Assembly (NCBI GenBank): GCA_046570105.1 | Contig: JBKHVI010000032.1 | Span: 1 to 31,384 of the forward strand | Direction of reading: 5' to 3' | Origin: Bacteriovoracia bacterium | Lineage (GTDB): Bacteria > Bdellovibrionota > Bacteriovoracia > Bacteriovoracales > Bacteriovoracaceae | Length of the DNA stretch: 31,384 bases | Part shown: positions 25,844-31,384 of the stretch, in pieces | Layout of the letters: the number at the start of each line of letters is the position of its first letter | How positions within the stretch are numbered: the stretch's first letter is position 1 | Position numbers and translations under genes: made by a program | The notes under the pieces: model-generated | Database searches by the model: none | Told to the model about the DNA's origin: nothing | The model's input: the letters and a program-made list of their open reading frames with translations, nothing else

Positions 25844-25924
25844 CTGGTGAGGCCCAATGCATGCACATTGGGGTTAAACCCTCACCAGTTTTTTTATTTT
25901 ATAAGGGGACTGGATTTCTTGCAA
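25844..25924 (-). promoter_or_regulatory. Probable ppc sigma70 promoter followed by a 5'-terminal hairpin
   Basis: Minus strand TTGCAA-17 nt-TAAAAT, then CTGGTGAGG...CCCAATG-TGCATG-CATTGGG-CCTCACCAG. Confidence 0.6.
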
Positions 25925-25939
25925 CCTGGGACGAATTAG

Positions 25940-26281
25940 CTAAAAACAAAGCCCACATTCAGGACATTCGGTCTTCTGAGTCGAGAACTGGGTGCCGCAG
26001 GCGGGACAGGTGGCAGAATCTTTAGAGGGGTCAAAAACTTGGCCCAATAAATTCCAGTCAACCGAGAGGCCTTGCGCCAAGTTTTGATACTGCGCCTGAA
26101 GGGTGTCCTGCACGACTGGAATGCTATTTTCCGGTACGAGAACCTCGACTGTCACCGCGCAGCCTCGACGACAAGTCTGCTCATCATGGTTCATAACCGC
26201 TTCAACGCCTTTAGTCGCAAGGACGCGTTGCAGGGACTTAGCTTCATCTAGGGACATGGTGCCGAGTTTGATTAAATTCAT
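25940..26281 (-). CDS. Small protein with a DUF2007/PII-like N-terminal region and a C-terminal zinc ribbon
   Basis: EAKSLQRVLATKGVEA...VEVLVPE, an extra CRRGC, and CPACG...CPECGLCF. Confidence 0.72.
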   Translation of the reverse strand: MNLIKLGTMSLDEAKSLQRVLATKGVEAVMNHDEQTCRRGCAVTVEVLVPENSIPVVQDTLQAQYQNLAQGLSVDWNLLGQVFDPSKDSATCPACGTQFSTQKTECPECGLCF

Positions 26282-26365
26282 GTCAGTAATTGTATCGCGA
26301 ATTTGGCTTCAACTCCTGTTTTTTCCTCTGCTATAGTCGTTTCTTCACAGCTTCTAGGGGTTTCC

Positions 26366-27694
26366 ATGAGTTTCGCGATAGCAAAGTTTGGTGGCACCAG
26401 CATGGCGGACGCCTCCGTGGCGCGGAAATCGGCATCAGTTTTGAAGTCGCGCCCCGAAATCCGCATGTGTGTTATCTCAGCGACCTCCGGTTCAACCAAT
26501 ATTTTAATGACCATGGCCCGCGAAGCTTCGGGTGGTGTTTTTCCTGAGGCCGGTTTCAAAACCTTTCATGAACGCCATCTGAGCTTCATGAAAAACCTGG
26601 GTGGTGAATTAGTTTTAGTGGAAGAGTACTGCTCGCGTGTTCATCAAATCCTGCAAGGGATGATGCTCTTGCGTGAAACCTCTCCTTCAGCTCTTGATGA
26701 TCTCGTGAGCTACGGGGAGTTAATCAGCTCACTTTTATTTGCTGAAGCACTTAAGGCGGAAGGTTTAAAATCAACCTGGCTTGATGCTCGCCATTTAATG
26801 AAAACCAGCTCTGACCACGGACGCGCTCAACCGATTCTCGAACTATTGCGCCAGCATGCCGAAAATGAAATCAAACCTCATCTCGCCAATTCAATTGTCG
26901 TGACTCAAGGTTATATCGGTTCTGATCTCCATGGCCGCACCACAACTCTAGGTAAAGAAGGCTCTGACTACTCTACTGCCCTTTTTGCCGAAGCTCTGGA
27001 TGCCTCAGAGATTCAAATCTGGAAAGACGTCGCTGGAGTCATGACCACTGATCCACGACTTGTTCCCCATGCCCGCACACTTTCTGAAATTTCATTTACT
27101 GAAATTAGTGAACTCACTCGTTTTGGTGCCAAAGTGATTCACCCTGATACTTTTCTCCCAGCGATTCGCGCACAGATTCCAGTTTATGTCGGCTACTCAC
27201 AAGACCCCACGGTGAAAGGTACACGCGTAGTCGTTGCACCAAGTGAAAATCCAGCTGTGCGTGCCATCGCTCTCAAACGTGATCAAAAATGGCTCTCGGT
27301 AAAAGAAGCTGAAGGCCAGAATCATCCCTGGTTCTTGGGCCAAGTGATTCAAGTGCTCCAGCAATATCGCGTGACTCCTACCATGCTCACCACGAGTGAG
27401 AATCGCGTGGGTGTGGTGATTGATAAACTCTATCCCCTCACTCCGGATCTCTTGCGAGATATGACAACGTTAGGTTTAGTGGAAGTCACTGAAGGTGAAG
27501 TCATTGCCGTGGTGGGAAAAAATATTCGCTCTGAATCTCCAATTCAGTCGCGCATTTTGTCGCATCTAAAAAATGTGAAGCCACTCATGATGTCTTGCGG
27601 CGCTAGTGATCACGCCTTCTGTGTCATGATCACTCCCGGCCACTCAGAAGAAATCATCCGCACTCTCCACGCCGAACTCTTGGAGCAGAAATGA
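26366..27694 (+). CDS. lysC: Aspartate kinase (LysC-type, C-terminal ACT-like domains)
   Basis: AKFGGTS, VISA, SYGELISS, TQGYIG, TTLGKEGSDYS, WKDVAGVMTTDPR, FGAKVIHP. ATG 26366 has an AGGGG SD. Confidence 0.94.
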   Translation: MSFAIAKFGGTSMADASVARKSASVLKSRPEIRMCVISATSGSTNILMTMAREASGGVFPEAGFKTFHERHLSFMKNLGGELVLVEEYCSRVHQILQGMMLLRETSPSALDDLVSYGELISSLLFAEALKAEGLKSTWLDARHLMKTSSDHGRAQPILELLRQHAENEIKPHLANSIVVTQGYIGSDLHGRTTTLGKEGSDYSTALFAEALDASEIQIWKDVAGVMTTDPRLVPHARTLSEISFTEISELTRFGAKVIHPDTFLPAIRAQIPVYVGYSQDPTVKGTRVVVAPSENPAVRAIALKRDQKWLSVKEAEGQNHPWFLGQVIQVLQQYRVTPTMLTTSENRVGVVIDKLYPLTPDLLRDMTTLGLVEVTEGEVIAVVGKNIRSESPIQSRILSHLKNVKPLMMSCGASDHAFCVMITPGHSEEIIRTLHAELLEQK

Positions 27695-28362
27695 AAGTCG
27701 CAGTCATCGGCAGCGGAAAAACTGGCGGACATGTTCTGAATCTGATCAGCAAAGAAAATATCGTGGGGCCTTTTGGGCGCTCAAATCCTGTGAGTGCAGA
27801 AAAACTTAAGGCCGCAGATGTGGGAATTATTTTTGTTCCAGGTGATGCCTTCCTTGAAATGATTCCAGAACTGCTTGAAAGTAAAAAACCGATGGTCATT
27901 GGCGCCACCGGCATGGAGTGGCCTAAAAATTTAGACCAGAAACTTAAAGCTCAAGGTGTCACTTGGGTGCATGCCACCAACTTCTCTTTAGGAGTGCAGC
28001 TCTTTCGCCAACTCATCAAGACTGTGAACAAACTGCAAAAATCGCTGCCAAGTTTTAAAGCGGAGCTCTTAGATATTCATCACACAAAAAAACTTGATGC
28101 TCCTTCTGGCACCGCTAAGTCACTTGCCGCCTGGAGTGATTTTCCCGTCGAGATCAAAGCACTGCGCGAAGGTGATGTGGTGGGCTTTCATGAGATGACG
28201 CTGACTTTTCCGCAAGAAACAGTAAAAATCTCTCACAACGCTCATGACCGCGCGCTGTTTGCCCAAGGGGCCCTTGATATCGCTCAAATACTTTTAAAAA
28301 ATCCTCTGGGTGCGGGATTGCACCCTCTAGAAAAACTCATGGATCATTTGGAGCAACAATGA
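27691..28362 (+). CDS. dapB: 4-hydroxy-tetrahydrodipicolinate reductase
   Basis: VIGSGKTG, VIGATG, TNFSLGV, DIHHTKKLDAPSGTA, HNAHDRALFAQGA. Confidence 0.93.
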   Translation: MKVAVIGSGKTGGHVLNLISKENIVGPFGRSNPVSAEKLKAADVGIIFVPGDAFLEMIPELLESKKPMVIGATGMEWPKNLDQKLKAQGVTWVHATNFSLGVQLFRQLIKTVNKLQKSLPSFKAELLDIHHTKKLDAPSGTAKSLAAWSDFPVEIKALREGDVVGFHEMTLTFPQETVKISHNAHDRALFAQGALDIAQILLKNPLGAGLHPLEKLMDHLEQQ

Positions 28363-29255
28363 AAAGCCAAACCGAACTTAACAAACACGTTGTCTGGACT
28401 GCAGTCGTTACGCCGCTGTTAAATGATGGCAAAGTCGACTACACCTCGCTTGAAGGTCTTTTGAAAAAACAGGCCGACGCAGGAAACGGTATTGTGCTCT
28501 TAGGCTCAACGGCAGAGGCCTTGAATCTTTCCAACACCGACAAACAAGAGATCGTAAAATTTGCCACCAAGCTCAATCTTAAAACCAGCATGATCTTAGG
28601 GATTGGCGGTCATCAGCTTGATGAGCAGATGGAGTGGATGAAGTTTGGTGCGGATCACGCCTTTGATGGCTATCTCCTTGTCACTCCGCTTTACGCCAAA
28701 CCAGGCCTTGTCGGTCAAACCAAGTGGTTCGAAACTTTGATGAATCTCTCCACTCGTCCCTGCATGCTCTATAACGTTCCAGGACGCTCGGCCGTGGCCA
28801 TGCACCCGGATGTTTTAAAAAATCTTAAAGGTCACAAAAATCTTTGGTCTTTAAAAGAAGCTTCTGGCTCGATTGAGAAATACTCACAATTTCGTCAGGC
28901 GAATCCATCTCTCACCATTTATTCAGGTGACGATGCTCTTCTTCCGTTCTTTGTGCCGATGGGCTGCACTGGTGTTGTTTCAGTCGCAGGAAACGTTTGG
29001 CCCACAGAAACTCGTCGTTATGCCGAACTTTCACTGGCGCAAAAATTCGATAAAGTTTTCCCACTTTGGGAGAAAGCTTCTAACTCACTTTTCTTGGCCT
29101 CTAACCCCTTGCCAGTCAAAGCTCTGCTTCATCACAAAGGCTGGATTAAAACTCCCGTCATGCAAGCGCCACTTCACCATGACGACTTTAAACAAGTCGC
29201 TGTGCTGGCAGAAATCGATAAAGAAGTTCAATCTTGGATGAAGGAGAACGCATGA
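28359..29255 (+). CDS. dapA: 4-hydroxy-tetrahydrodipicolinate synthase
   Basis: [46 protein letters not shown]. Confidence 0.94.
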   Translation: MKSQTELNKHVVWTAVVTPLLNDGKVDYTSLEGLLKKQADAGNGIVLLGSTAEALNLSNTDKQEIVKFATKLNLKTSMILGIGGHQLDEQMEWMKFGADHAFDGYLLVTPLYAKPGLVGQTKWFETLMNLSTRPCMLYNVPGRSAVAMHPDVLKNLKGHKNLWSLKEASGSIEKYSQFRQANPSLTIYSGDDALLPFFVPMGCTGVVSVAGNVWPTETRRYAELSLAQKFDKVFPLWEKASNSLFLASNPLPVKALLHHKGWIKTPVMQAPLHHDDFKQVAVLAEIDKEVQSWMKENA

Positions 29256-29992
29256 GCTGGGAGCAACTCTTAACAGATCTTGAAACCGGAAAAGTTCGCT
29301 CAGCCGAAAAACGCGGCAACGAGTGGCACGCCAATACTGCCGTTAAAGAAGGCATCTTGGCGGCGTTTAAGGCCGGCCAATTAAAAGCCGAAGGCGGCTT
29401 TGTGGATAAACACAATCTCTTCCCGCAAGAATTCACCGTTGATCGCGGTGTTCGTCTCGTACCTGGTGGCTCATCAGTTCGTCGCGGCTCTTATGTCGCT
29501 CGCGGAGTTGTTATCATGCCTCCGGCCTATATCAACGTCGGCGCTTATGTGGATGAAGGCACCATGGTGGATTCTCACGCGCTCGTGGGCTCATGTGCTC
29601 AGATTGGCAAACGTGTGCATCTCTCTGCTGGTGTACAAATTGGCGGCGTGCTTGAACCAGTGGGCATGCGTCCTGTCGTGATTGAAGATGATGTGTTCGT
29701 TGGTGCTGGCTCAATTATCGTTGAAGGCATTCTCGTGCGCACCCGCGCCGTGATTGCTCCAGGTGTGATTCTCTCTAAAGCAGTTGAAGTTTACGATGTT
29801 GTGAACCAACGTGTGATCCCTCGTGGTGAAGGTATTCCTGAAGGAGCGGTCGTTGTTCCTGGGACTCGTGCCTTCTCTACAACGAACGACTTCATCAAAA
29901 ACAAAGGCCTTATGCTTCAGTGTCCGATCATCATCAAGTACCGCGATGACAAGACGGATACTTCCCTCGTGCTTGAAGAGGCTTTGCGCTAA
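29252..29992 (+). CDS. dapD: Tetrahydrodipicolinate N-succinyltransferase
   Basis: [46 protein letters not shown], hexapeptide repeats. ATG 29252 has an AAGGAG SD. Confidence 0.94.
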   Translation: MSWEQLLTDLETGKVRSAEKRGNEWHANTAVKEGILAAFKAGQLKAEGGFVDKHNLFPQEFTVDRGVRLVPGGSSVRRGSYVARGVVIMPPAYINVGAYVDEGTMVDSHALVGSCAQIGKRVHLSAGVQIGGVLEPVGMRPVVIEDDVFVGAGSIIVEGILVRTRAVIAPGVILSKAVEVYDVVNQRVIPRGEGIPEGAVVVPGTRAFSTTNDFIKNKGLMLQCPIIIKYRDDKTDTSLVLEEALR

Positions 29993-30510
29993 TGGAAAAA
30001 ACCGAATGGCAGGGAAAATTCGTCAAGGTAACTACAGAGGTTATGCACGGCCAAGTTTGGGAGCGTGCTTATATCCCTGAGGGCCTCGTCATTTTTCCTG
30101 TCACCGACGATGGCAAAATTCTTTTTATTCGCGAGAAGCGTCCGCACGAAAATCCACCGGTGCGCTTAAAGCCTGTCTCCGGCATGCTCGATGAGGGCGA
30201 AGCACCACTTGAAACTGCGCAAAGAGAGCTGCAAGAAGAGATCGGTTTCATTGCAGGATCGATGGAAGAGTTCTGGGTTTATACCACTAATGGAACAGTG
30301 AACTCGAAAACCTATTTTTATCTCGCCAAAAATCTCACGCCCTCAAAGCTTCCTAACCCAGATGGCGAAGATGCTATTGAAGAGATCATTGCCTTCACCC
30401 CTGAAGAGGTCTCAGCAAAGATCCAATCTGAAGAAGTACGCTGGGGAGTCTCAGTGATGGGCTGGTTCAAACTTCAGCAGATCTTAGGGTCCCAGAAAAC
30501 TAGTCTGTGA
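29992..30510 (+). CDS. Nudix hydrolase (ADP-ribose pyrophosphatase-like)
   Basis: Nudix box GMLDEGEAPLETAQRELQEEIG. TAATG coupling to dapD. Confidence 0.9.
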   Translation: MEKTEWQGKFVKVTTEVMHGQVWERAYIPEGLVIFPVTDDGKILFIREKRPHENPPVRLKPVSGMLDEGEAPLETAQRELQEEIGFIAGSMEEFWVYTTNGTVNSKTYFYLAKNLTPSKLPNPDGEDAIEEIIAFTPEEVSAKIQSEEVRWGVSVMGWFKLQQILGSQKTSL

Positions 30511-30639
30511 CCGTAAATCGTGGCATTTCCAGCAAGATTAATTGATATTTATTAGGACTTTCTTAGTAGTTTTCGAGCTTTCCAGGGCTTATCCCTTAGG
30601 TCCCTGGACCCAAATTCTTGGGCCGTAGAATCAATCCTT

Positions 30640-30996
30640 ATGAAGAACCAAAGAATGGCGCCCTATATTGATCTCCAACAAACCATGCGCTTCTACGAGC
30701 GCCTAGGTTTCACCACTCATGCGGAAGAGAAAGGCGATGACCTTTATCTCGTTTTAGAATGCCAAGATCTCACACTCACGATGAACCAAGAGAAGGAGCT
30801 CAATCCTTTTAAGAATGGCCATATCTTTATTATGAATACAGATAATGTCGGTCACTTAAGTGAGCAATTCGTACAGCAGTACGCTCCGGAACAGACTGAA
30901 TGTGCAGGATGGGTGCAGAAACTAAAAACCGGTGAAGTCCACATCGTGGACCCCAACGGTAATTTGCTGATGATTTCTAAGAAGCTTAAAGGTTAA
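30640..30996 (+). CDS. VOC/glyoxalase-bleomycin resistance family protein
   Basis: DLQQTMRFYERLGF and IVDPNGNLL. Confidence 0.82.
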   Translation: MKNQRMAPYIDLQQTMRFYERLGFTTHAEEKGDDLYLVLECQDLTLTMNQEKELNPFKNGHIFIMNTDNVGHLSEQFVQQYAPEQTECAGWVQKLKTGEVHIVDPNGNLLMISKKLKG

Positions 30997-31384
30997 TGAT
31001 ACATTCGCGAGCATCTTCGGCGATGTCACGATTCTCAGTCTTGATCTTGGCGACCACCACATACTGACGATCTTCAGTCACAGCAATTGTGCGGACGACG
31101 TCTTCTAGCTCTGTTCCGTTGCTCAAGACAGTCTTAGCCGTTGAAAGAAACTCTCTCTTGCCTGGCTTCCACATAAATACTGAATTGAAAGGCACAACAC
31201 GATTCAAAGATTCGCCTTCGCTCTTCACTGTCACCTTAACTCCATTGGCCACATCGGCAACGATAACAGAACAGGCCGCATCGTCTTCAGTTACACCAGC
31301 GTAAGAACCGACTGGCAAAACTTCTTTAAGAGCGACTGTTGCATCAAGGTAGTTGGCCTGGGCCAAAGTAGCTGAAAGAACTAA
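30986..31384 (-). CDS. Hypothetical secreted protein, 5'-truncated by the window edge
   Basis: The frame is open to the window end (LVLSATLAQA|NY, a signal-peptide-like end). The mature part has two Cys. Confidence 0.7.
   Translation of the reverse strand, partial: LVLSATLAQANYLDATVALKEVLPVGSYAGVTEDDAACSVIVADVANGVKVTVKSEGESLNRVVPFNSVFMWKPGKREFLSTAKTVLSNGTELEDVVRTIAVTEDRQYVVVAKIKTENRDIAEDARECIINL

Noticed and set aside
26282..26365. Lysine riboswitch upstream of lysC
   Set aside because: The intergenic region is only 84 nt, holds divergent promoter elements and shows no recognisable L-box structure.
30550..30625. Short inverted repeats (TCCAGGG/CCCTGGA, CCCAA/TTGGG) between the Nudix and VOC genes
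   Set aside because: There is no U-tract or second copy. They are too weak to call a terminator, REP or ncRNA.
1..31384. CRISPR array, tRNA, rRNA or DNA-level tandem repeats
   Set aside because: None were seen by eye. Intergenic gaps are short, and the protein repeats at 20446-21201 are too diverged to form DNA repeats.

Overview
This is a densely coded bacterial chromosome window with about 30 CDSs. I found no rRNA, tRNA, CRISPR array or recognisable mobile element. Gene content and style suggest a Bdellovibrionota (Bacteriovoracaceae-like) predatory bacterium, but this is an inference and was not checked by a search. Recognisable genes include a sensor kinase, oxyR, a YdcZ-type DMT plus an orphan ABC ATPase, lipA-lipB-aroC, an LTA-synthase-family protein, pilT, cardiolipin synthase plus a YbhP-like EEP protein, alkB, a BrnT/BrnA toxin-antitoxin pair, a divergent ppc, lysC-dapB-dapA-dapD-Nudix and a VOC protein. 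The most unusual region is about 13-23.4 kb. It holds (i) a divergent SelO/YdiU-like pseudokinase abutting an S51 peptidase, a candidate writer/eraser pair; (ii) a DUF3015 / DUF4105 (Lnb-like, beta-barrel) / VanX-type lipoprotein cluster; (iii) a secreted 609-aa protein with a hydrophobic hairpin and a C-terminal kinase-like domain behind a sigma28 (FliA)-type promoter, a candidate predation effector; and (iv) a convergent secreted protein built from six two-Cys repeats. Other observations are degenerate active sites (LtaS-like, zincin-like, PEPC C-terminus), an unannotated ~50-aa membrane ORF, a structured ppc 5' leader and several probable leaderless transcripts. All family assignments come from reading motifs by eye.
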